Positions 19,582-29,051 of a stretch of DNA of 64,000 nucleotides are shown here, in pieces. Position 1 is the first letter of the stretch, and each line of letters begins with the position of its first letter. Both the position numbers and the translations under genes were made by a program. The notes below the pieces were generated by a model. That model was given only the letters and a program-made list of their open reading frames with translations. It ran no database searches and was not told the origin of the DNA. Location of the stretch: positions 727,659 through 791,658 of the forward strand of contig JBFWNU010000002.1 of NCBI GenBank assembly GCA_050250895.1, read 5' to 3'. Source of the DNA: Vulcanimicrobiota bacterium (GTDB taxonomy: Bacteria > Vulcanimicrobiota > Xenobia > Xenobiales > JADMJV01).

Positions 19582-21099
19582 GTGCGCGTCAAGTTTATCC
19601 TGCCTGCTCTGACCGAGGCTACCAGCCCCTACTGGCGGCCCATTAAATACTCGCTCTTTCCACCCCTGGGCCTGGCCACGCTGGCCGGCTATCTAGGACC
19701 CGGCGACGAAGCCTGGCTCGAAGACGAGCATGTCGAGCCGCTCAACCTTGACGACCGGCCAGAGGTGGTGGCCATCGAGGTCTACATCACCTCGGCCCGC
19801 CGGGCCTACGAGATTGCCGCTCACTATCGCGCCCGAGGGGTCCACGTCTGCCTGGGCGGGCTGCATGTGACCTCGCTTCCGGACGAGGCAGCCGCCCACG
19901 CCGACACCATTTTTTTGGGGCCGGGCGAAGACACCTGGCCGGCCTTCCTGGCCGACCATCGCCAGGGGAGGGCCAGGGCGAGGTATACCTCCCAGCGGCG
20001 CACGCTCGCTGGCCTGCCACCGATTCGCCGGGACCTGATCAAGCGGCGCAACTATCTGGTGCCGAACTCCATTGTGGTCACCCGCGGTTGTCCCCATCGT
20101 TGCGACTTTTGCTACAAAGAAGCGTTCTTCAGGGGCGGCAAGGGTTTCTATACTCAGACGGTGGATGACGCCCTGGCCGAGATCGACCGTTTGCCCGGAC
20201 GCCACCTCTATTTCCTCGACGACCATATCTTCGGCAACGCTCCCTTTGCCGAGGCGCTTTTCACCGGAATGGCGGGAATGGGGCGGCTCTGGCAGGGGGC
20301 GGCTACCGTCCAGTCGGTGCTCAAGACCGACCTGCCGCAACGAGCGGCCGAGGCCGGATTGAGGAGTCTGTTCGTCGGCTTCGAGACGCTGAGCGCCGGC
20401 AACCTCAAAGACCATGCCAAGCTCCAGAACCTGGGCCGCGACTATGACGAGTGCGTGCGTAAACTGCACGACCTGGGAGTGATGATCAACGGCAGTTTCG
20501 TCTTCGGGATGGACGACGACGGCCCTGATGTCTTCGCGCGCACGGTCGAGTGGGCAGTCTCGCGGGGCATCGAGACGGCCACGTTCCATATCCTGACGCC
20601 CTATCCCGACACCGCTCTCTTTGCGCGCATCGAGGCTCAGGGAAGGCTTCTTCACCGCGACTGGGACCGCTACGACACGCGCCACGTCGTCTTTCAGCCC
20701 CGCGGTATGACTCCCGAGCAGCTCGAGCAGGGCTATTGGCGAGCCTACCGCGATTTCTATCGCTGGAGTTCGATTGCCCGCGGAGCGAGCAGCAAGAAGA
20801 CCCTACTCCGGCGAGCCCGCCATTTGGCCTACGCGGCCGGCTGGAAGAAGTTCGAGTGGGTGTGGGACAGAATCATCCGCGCCCGCCAGACCAACCGCAT
20901 CTTGCCGGTTCTCGAGGGCGTTCTCTCGGGCTGCGGCCTGCTCGACAACCATCCCGACGAGATTCCTTCAAAGGCGGCCTCGTTCGTGCCACCAGTCTTC
21001 TCCGACCAGGACCGCTCGGATGAGTTGGGCCAGCCCGTAGGCGAAGGGCTCGGGCGGCCAGGGCCAGAGCTTGCGATTGACAAACCAGTGGCGAGATAG
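19582..21099 (+). CDS. B12-binding domain radical SAM protein
   Basis: PPLGLATLA and GGLHVT (cobalamin-binding domain), TRGCPHRCDFC CxxxCxxC, LTPYPDT. Confidence 0.9.
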   Translation: MRVKFILPALTEATSPYWRPIKYSLFPPLGLATLAGYLGPGDEAWLEDEHVEPLNLDDRPEVVAIEVYITSARRAYEIAAHYRARGVHVCLGGLHVTSLPDEAAAHADTIFLGPGEDTWPAFLADHRQGRARARYTSQRRTLAGLPPIRRDLIKRRNYLVPNSIVVTRGCPHRCDFCYKEAFFRGGKGFYTQTVDDALAEIDRLPGRHLYFLDDHIFGNAPFAEALFTGMAGMGRLWQGAATVQSVLKTDLPQRAAEAGLRSLFVGFETLSAGNLKDHAKLQNLGRDYDECVRKLHDLGVMINGSFVFGMDDDGPDVFARTVEWAVSRGIETATFHILTPYPDTALFARIEAQGRLLHRDWDRYDTRHVVFQPRGMTPEQLEQGYWRAYRDFYRWSSIARGASSKKTLLRRARHLAYAAGWKKFEWVWDRIIRARQTNRILPVLEGVLSGCGLLDNHPDEIPSKAASFVPPVFSDQDRSDELGQPVGEGLGRPGPELAIDKPVAR

Positions 21100-22299
21100 G
21101 TCGGTATCTTGCTCGAGTACCAGGTCCTTTAGCACTTCAGCCACCAGGTGGCTGATGGAGACGCCATGGCCGACATAGCCAAGAGCATAGACGGCGTTGC
21201 GATCACCCAGATACCCCATGGCGGGAACCATGGCGACGGGCACCGACACCGGGCCACCCCAGCGATACTCGATTCGGGTTTCTTGCAATTGGGGAAAGGT
21301 GCGACTGAGAAAGCGCTCGAGGGCCTCGAAGGTGGGAGGATGGCGGTCGAGTTCCAGGTCATCGCCATAGGGGATTCCCACCGCGCCGCCCCCGCACAAG
21401 AGGCGATTGTCGGCGGTCAGACGGTAGTAGTGCAGCAGGTTGCGGGCATCCTCGAGCCCTTCCCGGCCCCGCCAGCCGATACTCTCGAGCTGTTGGGGAG
21501 AAAGCGGTTCGGTGAGGATGATGTGGGTGAAAGCCGGATGTTGCTTGCCTCGGGTAGGGGCCAGCAGGTTCGAATAGCTGCCGGCGGCCAGCACCAGTTT
21601 GTCGGCGATGGCGGTGCCGCCCGGGCAATGCAAGCGAATCGAGCCGTTCTTCTCGATGGCCCCGACCGGCGTTTGTTCGAAGAACCTCACTCCCAGTTCG
21701 AGATTGACGCGCTTGAGTTCCCAGGCCAGCTTGGCCGGGTTGACCAGGGCCATGCGCGGCTCCCAGATCGAGCCCAAGTAGGTGGGGGAGTCGGCCCGGG
21801 CCCGGGTGGCCTGGGCGTCGAGCCACTCGAATCCATCAAAGCCCAGGCCCTGCACGAGTTCGATCTCTTGTTGGCAACGCTTGACGTAGCCGGGATGGGT
21901 GGCCACGCGCAAGAATCCGACCCGTTCGTAGTCGCATTTTAGCCCGTGGCGGTCGACCATGCAGCCCAGATGGTCCACCGCCCGCTCGGCGAAAGCCAGT
22001 GCCTGACGGGCTTTTTCGCGGCCGTGGAGCAGCTTGGTGACAGTGGTGGACAGGCCGAAGGTGGTCATAGCGAACCCGGCGTTGCGTCCACTGCCTCCGA
22101 ACCCGATGACCTGCGACTCGAGCACGCCCACTTCCAGGCCGGGCTGGGCGCTCTTGAGGGCCAGGGCCGTGGAAAGGCCGGTGAACCCTCCGCCCACGAT
22201 GGCTACGTCGAGCTTTACTTCGCCCGCCAGGGGAGGGGAGGGGTGATACTCTCCGGCGGTGGCCAACCAGAAGCTCTTCTCGCGGTAGACCTGGGTCAT
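20968..22299 (-). CDS. FAD-dependent oxidoreductase (DAO/PuuB-like)
   Basis: SFWL, DVAIVGGGFTGLSTA, GFGGSGRNAG and GYVGHGV. Start taken at MTQVYRE. Confidence 0.9.
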   Translation of the reverse strand: MTQVYREKSFWLATAGEYHPSPPLAGEVKLDVAIVGGGFTGLSTALALKSAQPGLEVGVLESQVIGFGGSGRNAGFAMTTFGLSTTVTKLLHGREKARQALAFAERAVDHLGCMVDRHGLKCDYERVGFLRVATHPGYVKRCQQEIELVQGLGFDGFEWLDAQATRARADSPTYLGSIWEPRMALVNPAKLAWELKRVNLELGVRFFEQTPVGAIEKNGSIRLHCPGGTAIADKLVLAAGSYSNLLAPTRGKQHPAFTHIILTEPLSPQQLESIGWRGREGLEDARNLLHYYRLTADNRLLCGGGAVGIPYGDDLELDRHPPTFEALERFLSRTFPQLQETRIEYRWGGPVSVPVAMVPAMGYLGDRNAVYALGYVGHGVSISHLVAEVLKDLVLEQDTDLSRHWFVNRKLWPWPPEPFAYGLAQLIRAVLVGEDWWHERGRL

Positions 22300-22388
22300 T
22301 TTCGAGCTGTTCGGACGGGGGCCGGTCACTCCTGTCGCCGTTGTTGCGCCCAACTCTGAACCTGGCGAGTCAAGCGAGAGGTGAGTCA

Positions 22389-23120
22389 TTATACACCACA
22401 TCCGAGCAGAGCGGGCAGCAGCTCCTCGGCCCGGCCGAGATAGACCTCGTCGAAATCGGGGTTCTGGGCCTCGTGCGCCTCGAGGTTGACCAGGATGGTT
22501 CGCGCTCCCTGGTCCCGCGCCTGATGCACCAGGCCGGCGGCCGGCATGACCAGCCCGGAGGTGCCCACGGCGATAAAGAGCTGGCAGTCTTCCATGGCTA
22601 CCCGCAGAGCCATGGGCGCCACCGGTGGCAAATACTCATCGAAGAGCACCACGTCAAAGCGGCATAACCCTCCGCAGGTGGGGCAACCGGGCGGTTGGTT
22701 CAGGTCGCAGTAGTCATCTTCGAACGGCTTTTGCGGACAGGTCGGGTCGAGGCAGCGGGTGCGATGAATCGAGCCATGCATCTCGAAGACACCGGTGGTT
22801 CCGGCCCGTTGATGCAGTCCGTCGACGTTTTGGGTCAAGACGCAAACCCAGCAGCTGTGGTCGCGGGCCTGAAAGTCGGCGATGGCCTGATGGGCGGCGT
22901 TGGGTTTGGCGGCCGCGGCTCGCTGGCGCAACGGGGCGAAGGTTTGCCAACTGGCCACCGGGTCTTGATGAAGGGCCGCGGCGGTGGCGCGGCTGGCGAG
23001 TTCTTGCTCGTTCCAGATGCCGCCCGGCCCACGATAGGGGCGCAGGCCCGAGGCCACCGAGATGCCGGCCCCGGTGAGAAAGACGATCTTGCTATAGTCC
23101 TCAATCCGGATGGGGTTCAT
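22389..23120 (-). CDS. cobB: Sirtuin NAD-dependent deacylase
   Basis: LTGAGISVASG..YRG, TQNVDGLH, MHGS, Zn-binding Cys pairs and VGTSG. Confidence 0.88.
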   Translation of the reverse strand: MNPIRIEDYSKIVFLTGAGISVASGLRPYRGPGGIWNEQELASRATAAALHQDPVASWQTFAPLRQRAAAAKPNAAHQAIADFQARDHSCWVCVLTQNVDGLHQRAGTTGVFEMHGSIHRTRCLDPTCPQKPFEDDYCDLNQPPGCPTCGGLCRFDVVLFDEYLPPVAPMALRVAMEDCQLFIAVGTSGLVMPAAGLVHQARDQGARTILVNLEAHEAQNPDFDEVYLGRAEELLPALLGCGV

Positions 23121-23985
23121 GGTTCCACCAGCTTCTGAGACTCTTGATCAGGCGGGCGATCCCGTCCGGGTCGGCTCGCAGGCGCTCGGAGAGTTCCATG
23201 TGGACGAAATAGCCTTCGCTGACCAGGGGCCGCTGTTCGTTGGTGGTGGCCCCGAGATGGCGAGTCGACTTGCTTTGATAGGTCGGAATCGAGACCTCGA
23301 ATCCGTCCTCTTGCAGGCAATCGCGCAGACGGCGCAGGCGGGGCGGATCGAAATCATCGTCAAGACCGTCAGAGAGCACGATCTGGCGGCTTTCGGGAAA
23401 GTCGTCGAAGCGTTCGTGAGCCCGCTGCGAAGAAAACCCGTGCACCTGAAGCACCACGGTGCCGGGGGCCACCGCCCCGGCGTGCCAGGCGTTGAAAACC
23501 GTAGCGCGAGTGTGGGTCATATCGGTGATGGCGTGGAACGGATGCTGGGGTGAGGGCTCGGGGTGGTTGCGACGGTGAGCCCCGGCCACCAGCAGAAAGT
23601 CGGCTTCGAGGGCCACGAAGGCGGCTACCGCGATCTCGGGGGTGCCGCGATCGGCCAGGGGATGAGGCGCCTCGATCACCAGGCCTGAACGGCCCCCAGG
23701 GCGAGCGATCACCCGGCCCCAGCCGCGTTGATAGCGGTCCTGAAAGATCATCAGGCCCGACTGGGCCCGGCATTCATAGTCGAGCCGCTCGGCCAGTCCG
23801 CGGGCCGACTCGAGGCGACCCATTTTGAGGGCCGAGGCCATGGCATACGCCAGATCGCGCTGGCTGCGCGTGGGGGGTTGGTAGCTAGCCTGATCGGCCC
23901 CGAAGCTGACGGCCACCTCTTCTTCCCACAGGGTACCCTGACCGGCTAGCGCGCCGGCCATCCAGAGCAACAGCAACCATCGCAT
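23101..23985 (-). CDS. Secreted putative Zn hydrolase (poly-gamma-glutamate hydrolase / formylglutamate amidohydrolase-like)
   Basis: Signal peptide MRWLLLLWMAGALAG. IEAPHP, QVHGF and FVHMELS motifs. Confidence 0.55.
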   Translation of the reverse strand: MRWLLLLWMAGALAGQGTLWEEEVAVSFGADQASYQPPTRSQRDLAYAMASALKMGRLESARGLAERLDYECRAQSGLMIFQDRYQRGWGRVIARPGGRSGLVIEAPHPLADRGTPEIAVAAFVALEADFLLVAGAHRRNHPEPSPQHPFHAITDMTHTRATVFNAWHAGAVAPGTVVLQVHGFSSQRAHERFDDFPESRQIVLSDGLDDDFDPPRLRRLRDCLQEDGFEVSIPTYQSKSTRHLGATTNEQRPLVSEGYFVHMELSERLRADPDGIARLIKSLRSWWNHEPHPD

Positions 23986-24057
23986 GGGATAGGTTTTGCC
24001 GTCGCCCGGGCCTCTCCTGGGAGAGGAATCTAAACTCACCGTTCGAACTCCAATCCA

Positions 24058-25965
24058 ATGTTTTTCCTGGCTCCGAGTGTCGCCCGTCTATTGGAGGCTG
24101 CTACCAATTTCAGCGCGGGCGAGGGGCCTGGTGAGGCAGTCCAAGCAGCTCTCGGTCCCGCTCGCGAGTTTTGCGCCGAGAGCCGTGAGCTCTACCAGAA
24201 ACTGGCGGGGGGCATCCTGCGCACCGATGAAGTGGACGAGCTGCTGCGCCAGTGTGGTCTTGAACTCGACGCTCAGGCGCGTTACCTCGACGATCTAGAG
24301 CGGGCCGTTGGCGAGGACAAAGCGGTCTCGGCGGGCGAGATAACGGGACGTCTCCAGGGCTCGTTCCATCGGCTGGCCGAGCTATACTCACAGATTCAAG
24401 AGGCCGAAACCCAGGAGAAGATCTACTCTCCCTTTCCGCCGTTGGACCACTTTATCAAGGCGGGCATCAACCACCTCAACAACTACCTCGAGGTCGACCA
24501 GCTCAAGCAGCGCCTGGACCAGGTGGTGGGGCCCGTGGCCGAGCTCGAGGGACGCGTCTATCGCTTCGAGATTCTTTATGGCGACGAGCAGAAGACGGCC
24601 CAAGCCCGGCAGGCTCTGACCGCTCTGCAGGCGGGCCTCGGGGCGGTGGCTCAATACCTCGACACCAATCAGCGTCCCGCCCTGGAGGACGGCTTGCGGT
24701 TGCTGGGCAGCTCGAGCACGGTGCTGTTCGGACAATTGGCCGAGTTCGACAAGCAGGTGGTGACCCACTATTCTCGCTTTCGGTATCTCGACGAGTTCTT
24801 GCGGGCCCTAGAACTCTATCACCAGGCTCCCGAGAAAATCCCTCTGGGGCTGGTTTATGCCACCTGGAACGGCGTGGGCCAGGTAGTGGCCTTCTATCAG
24901 CGCCAGCTCGAGGGCGTGTTGCGTCTGAGTCTTTATCCCGAGTTGCGCGAGCAGTGGGAAGCGGCCGAGCAGGCCTGGCGCGAACTGGGTGAGATCTACA
25001 ACCAGGTCAACGCCGGTCTCAATCCGCTACCCACTCTCGACCAGGTTCCCAGGCTGCAGCTCGAGCACGCCTTCGAAGTGTTGGTCACCGGGGTCGACAT
25101 CCTCTTTCAACGGCTCGAAGAAGAAGTCACCCGTTTTCGCCACGCCCCTCACCTTGAGGGATTGCGCGAGCTGGTGGGCCGGGCCCAGAAGGGCGAACTG
25201 CCCGACGGCCAGCTCCGCCAGGCGCTCAGCGAGTACCAGCAGCGCCAGCAGGAGCTGGGCCAACAGCTTTCGCGCCAGCCCCACGACCCCGTCAATCAAG
25301 AAATGATGGCCCTGTTAGGCGTGCATGGGGCGGCCTTCGCCGAGATGGAACTCTACTTTGAAGACCAGGACCGGGGCCATTTCGGGGCCGGTTGGAAAAT
25401 GATGGAGGGAACCCTCGAGCGGCTGCTGGAACTGGGTCAAGAGGTCGAGCGCCGGGTAGCACCGCGGGGCCGAGGTCCCAAGACGGTCACCTGCTTTCGC
25501 TGCAGCGCCGCCAACCCCACCGACCGCCGCATGTGCCAGGCTTGTGGAGCGGTTCTGCCGGTGGTTCCGACCGGCCCCGAGGCCACCCTCGACATCACCG
25601 GAATGGGGGTCACGGGGGCGGCCGAGAACGCCCTCGAGGAAGTGCTTTCAGCGGCCGAGAGCGGCACCATCACCCGCCACGAGTTGCGCGAACGCATCGA
25701 CGACCTGCTCGAGCGGGCCGGGGTGGCTCGCCAGGGCTTCGAGAAGAAGCTCATTCCCTTGATGGGACGAAGCGCCGAGCTTGACGCTTATCTACGCTTT
25801 TTCGCCCAGAGTATCGGGGCCTATGTCCAGGGCCTGCTCCAGGTGCGCGGCTTCGCCGAGGGCCAGAATGTCTCTCACCTGATGTCGGGTGGGTCCCAGG
25901 CTCGCGAAGCGGCCGAGAACATGGAGCTGATGAAGCAGAAGATCGACGAGGCTTTGACGGGGTAG
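24058..25965 (+). CDS. Large all-helical protein with internal zinc ribbon
   Basis: L/E/Q/A-rich 635-aa ORF with good codon style. CFRC...CQAC near the C-terminus. Confidence 0.75.
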   Translation: MFFLAPSVARLLEAATNFSAGEGPGEAVQAALGPAREFCAESRELYQKLAGGILRTDEVDELLRQCGLELDAQARYLDDLERAVGEDKAVSAGEITGRLQGSFHRLAELYSQIQEAETQEKIYSPFPPLDHFIKAGINHLNNYLEVDQLKQRLDQVVGPVAELEGRVYRFEILYGDEQKTAQARQALTALQAGLGAVAQYLDTNQRPALEDGLRLLGSSSTVLFGQLAEFDKQVVTHYSRFRYLDEFLRALELYHQAPEKIPLGLVYATWNGVGQVVAFYQRQLEGVLRLSLYPELREQWEAAEQAWRELGEIYNQVNAGLNPLPTLDQVPRLQLEHAFEVLVTGVDILFQRLEEEVTRFRHAPHLEGLRELVGRAQKGELPDGQLRQALSEYQQRQQELGQQLSRQPHDPVNQEMMALLGVHGAAFAEMELYFEDQDRGHFGAGWKMMEGTLERLLELGQEVERRVAPRGRGPKTVTCFRCSAANPTDRRMCQACGAVLPVVPTGPEATLDITGMGVTGAAENALEEVLSAAESGTITRHELRERIDDLLERAGVARQGFEKKLIPLMGRSAELDAYLRFFAQSIGAYVQGLLQVRGFAEGQNVSHLMSGGSQAREAAENMELMKQKIDEALTG

Positions 25966-27171
25966 ATGTCTCTTCGCGCGCGATTGTTGCATCTCGAACG
26001 CAGCGGCTGCTTAGAGGTCAATCCGGCCAGAAAGGCCGCTCCCAAACGCAGCCTCGAGGCTCTTTTGCCCGGCGAAGCCGTCGAGAATAAGTTCGGAGCC
26101 TTCTATCGCCATCAGCAAAGGGTCGAGCTAGCTACCCCATACGGCCCTCGTTCGCTGCTGGGTGCGCTGACTTTGCCCTGTGCCGAATTGGTTTCGCTCT
26201 ACGCCAGTCTGGAAGGCATCTGCCCCGAGCGGGTTCTCTATCTCGATACCGAGACCACCGGGCTTTCTGGGGGCAGTGGCACTTATGCCTTTATGGTCGG
26301 GGTGGCCTGGTTCGACCAGGGCGAACTGCGTCTGGAGCAACTGATCATGCGCGAGCACGCCGAAGAGAAGGCCTTGCTCGAGTACCTGCGCCCTCTGCTC
26401 GAAGACACCAGTGGCCTGGTGACCTTCAACGGCAAGAGCTTTGACGCGCAGCTTCTGCAGACGAGATTCATGATGAATCGCTTGCGAGTCTGTTTCGAGG
26501 ATATGCCGCATCTGGATCTGCTGCATCTGTGTCGCCGCATCTGGGGCGCCGGTTTGGTCGACTGCCGTCTCGAGACCCTGGAAGAGGCGATTCTGGGTCT
26601 GCCCCGCCACGATGACGTGCCGGGCTGGATGGTGCCTCAGATTTACTTTCGCTTTCTTCGCGGGGGCGACGCCAGGGGACTGGCCGGCGTGGCCGAGCAC
26701 AATCGGCGCGACCTGATGTCGATGGTAGGACTGGTGTCTGTGCTCAGTCATCATCTATCCGACCCGCTAGCTTTTCGTGAGCCCATCGAGGATGTGGGCC
26801 TGGCTCGCCTCTATGAAGATTTGGGCCAGGAAGAATTGGCCCGCGAGTTGGCCGAACGGGCCCTGGATTGGCCCTTGCCGCGCCCGGCTCGAAGAGCTTG
26901 TATGCTGCGATTGGCCCGATTGCGTCGCCGCGCCGGGGACCGCGACGGGGCGGCCGCCCTGTGGCGGGATGTGCTCAAGGAGCACCCTGAAGATGCCGAG
27001 GCTTGCGAAGAGTTAGCCAAGCATCTCGAGCATCAGCGTGGCGATTATCAACTGGCTTTGCGGTTGGTGGAGCGGACCCTGCGGACCGCCCGCCTCACTC
27101 CTGGACGCCGGCGCAGTTTCCTGTCTCGCAGGGAGAGACTCCGTCGACGGCTGGAGGGCTCTGGCGCCTGA
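25966..27171 (+). CDS. YprB/MrfB-like RNase H-fold exonuclease with C-terminal TPRs
   Basis: LYLDTETTGLSGG, VTFNGKSFD, HLDLL and HNRRDL, followed by TPR-like helices (ELAKHLEH). Confidence 0.88.
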   Translation: MSLRARLLHLERSGCLEVNPARKAAPKRSLEALLPGEAVENKFGAFYRHQQRVELATPYGPRSLLGALTLPCAELVSLYASLEGICPERVLYLDTETTGLSGGSGTYAFMVGVAWFDQGELRLEQLIMREHAEEKALLEYLRPLLEDTSGLVTFNGKSFDAQLLQTRFMMNRLRVCFEDMPHLDLLHLCRRIWGAGLVDCRLETLEEAILGLPRHDDVPGWMVPQIYFRFLRGGDARGLAGVAEHNRRDLMSMVGLVSVLSHHLSDPLAFREPIEDVGLARLYEDLGQEELARELAERALDWPLPRPARRACMLRLARLRRRAGDRDGAAALWRDVLKEHPEDAEACEELAKHLEHQRGDYQLALRLVERTLRTARLTPGRRRSFLSRRERLRRRLEGSGA

Positions 27172-28372
27172 GGGTGGTCTGGATGACCTCGCCCAGAATG
27201 CGCTTGCGAGCCGCCCTGAGTTGGCGCCGTTTATAGCTGGTGTGAGAGCTTTCGCCGTTGAGGCTCTGCAGATAGTTGTCGTGATCGGTGATTTGCACCT
27301 CATAGGGGAAGTAGAAGCACACCTCACGGGGATGGTCTCGGGTCAGTTCTTCCAGCAGGGCGGGGTCGTTGAGCCTGGCCCGCATGCGGTCGACCACGCT
27401 ACGGGTGGGGTTGGGCACCCTCACCAGGTGGCGGCAGGTGAACTGAATCGAGCGGAAGGTGGGGCTCGTAAACGGGTTCTCGATGCGGCTCTCGACATCG
27501 CGCGCCTCCGCGTCGGGACGATGCTCCATCTGGCGGGCAAACTCGAGGTCGCGGTCGTGTTCTTCGGTCGAGTTGCCGGTGCGGGTCAGTCGGGTCAGCG
27601 CTTCATAGGCCGAGCGGAAACTGTCGAGATTGACCAGGGTGTTGCGTGAGCGCCCCGGCGTGATGTGCGGCACGCTCACCAGGTTGTTCTTGCGCAGGTA
27701 TTTCAGGGCCAACAAAGCCTCGACCTTGGTCTGGGTGATCATCTTGACCCCCATGCGGTCGTAGACCTCGGAGGCCACGTTGTCGGGTTTGTGCAAGAGC
27801 TTGAGAATCAAGCTCGAACGACTTTTCTGCTCTTTGTAGAAGACCCCCATCAGGGCCACCGAGCCCTCACCCTTGCCCAGGCGCAGTTGGCCGGTGTCAT
27901 CGGTGGCGATGTGCTCTTGAAAGCGCCCCAGAATCTGGTCTTTGATGACCTCGTAGTAGGGGGTCCGCATGGCCCGGTTAGCGTGGCTGATGGTGTGCAT
28001 CACCCGTAGCACGGCGCAGGACCACTGGGCCAGCAAGTCGCGCTCGGTATCCGAGGCCCGGACCAGCAGGTCGAGCACGCTGTCCGGATTGGCGATCTGG
28101 GGGGGGACCACCAGGTTGAGGTCACCATCTCGGATGCCCGGGCAGAGAAACCGCTCGATGAAGGCCACCGCCTCTTGATGGACCTCGTCCACTACGGCCC
28201 GGTCCTCGGGATGGGTCATGTCATAGCCGTAGGGAGCCAGGAAGTCGATGGCTTCTTGATGGCTGGCTAGCGGCAGGCCGGTGAGGTCGATGGGCGAGAA
28301 GCCTTCCAGAAACAGGCGGAGGATTTCCCAGGAAAATTCGTACTGGGCTCCTAGCCCGTGGTCAAACGGCAT
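27095..28372 (-). CDS. TIGR04552-family protein
   Basis: KLLHKPDNVASEVYDRMGVK, PGRSRNTLV, NPFTSPTFRSIQFT, FYFPYEVQI and SHTSYKRRQ are recognisable family motifs. Start taken at MPFDHG. Confidence 0.8.
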   Translation of the reverse strand: MPFDHGLGAQYEFSWEILRLFLEGFSPIDLTGLPLASHQEAIDFLAPYGYDMTHPEDRAVVDEVHQEAVAFIERFLCPGIRDGDLNLVVPPQIANPDSVLDLLVRASDTERDLLAQWSCAVLRVMHTISHANRAMRTPYYEVIKDQILGRFQEHIATDDTGQLRLGKGEGSVALMGVFYKEQKSRSSLILKLLHKPDNVASEVYDRMGVKMITQTKVEALLALKYLRKNNLVSVPHITPGRSRNTLVNLDSFRSAYEALTRLTRTGNSTEEHDRDLEFARQMEHRPDAEARDVESRIENPFTSPTFRSIQFTCRHLVRVPNPTRSVVDRMRARLNDPALLEELTRDHPREVCFYFPYEVQITDHDNYLQSLNGESSHTSYKRRQLRAARKRILGEVIQTTLRRQSPPAVDGVSPCETGNCAGVQE

Positions 28373-28489
28373 GGGCTCATTATAGTGGGCCGAATGCTCC
28401 GGGATCAAGGAAGTCTGGCAGTTTGTCCCGAAGCATGCCGCACGAAAAAAATTCTCGGGCTCAAAAAGCCCGTTAAAACGGAGGTGTAG

Positions 28490-28948
28490 ATGCGTTCCAT
28501 TCTGACCAGGGCTCTGTCCATTTTTGCGATGGGCCTGGCATTGGCGGCCGGTCCCGCTGCGGCGGAAGATGTGGTCGTGCCGACCAACACTTTCAAGGGC
28601 AAGATCACGTTCGTGAAAGGTGAACAGGCGGCCGTGGTTCACCAGAACGCCTATGTCATCGTGACCGTCAATGACTCGACCTGGCGTCAGGGCCTGGTCG
28701 AACGCGGGGCCAAGGCCACCGTGGTCTACCGAGTGGGCGATAACATGGCCCTCAAGATCTGGACCGATCACGCCGAGCCGCCCGATGAGGAAGAAGAAGC
28801 CAAGGCGGACGAGAAGAAGGGCCGCAAACCGCGTCCGAAGCCCACCGACGAAAAGGCTAGCGAGACCAAAGAAGCTCCCAAGGAAGCTCCCGCCGAAGCC
28901 CCTAAAGAATCCACCGAGGGCGACGCTGCTCCCGAAGAAACCAAATAG
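28490..28948 (+). CDS. Secreted hypothetical protein (small beta domain + E/K/P/A tail)
   Basis: GGAGGT SD, signal peptide ending AAA, followed by a terminator. Confidence 0.75.
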   Translation: MRSILTRALSIFAMGLALAAGPAAAEDVVVPTNTFKGKITFVKGEQAAVVHQNAYVIVTVNDSTWRQGLVERGAKATVVYRVGDNMALKIWTDHAEPPDEEEEAKADEKKGRKPRPKPTDEKASETKEAPKEAPAEAPKESTEGDAAPEETK

Positions 28949-28968
28949 TCGGGTTCCGTTCTGGCTAG

Positions 28969-29001
28969 AAGGGCCGTCCTCCGGGCGGCTCTTTTGATTT
29001 T
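28969..29001 (+). terminator. Rho-independent terminator
   Basis: AAGGGCCGTCC-tcc-GGGCGGCTCTT stem followed by a T-rich tail. Confidence 0.75.
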
Positions 29002-29051
29002 GGCTGGCCGCGCGGTGCGGGACTCTGTCTGAGTCTGACGAAGCCAGCACA

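Noticed and set aside
19582-21099. Radical SAM as the maturase of the RRE/Cys-rich peptide
   Set aside because: It is about 32 kb away, is a B12-binding type without SPASM or RRE features, and nothing in the sequence links the two.
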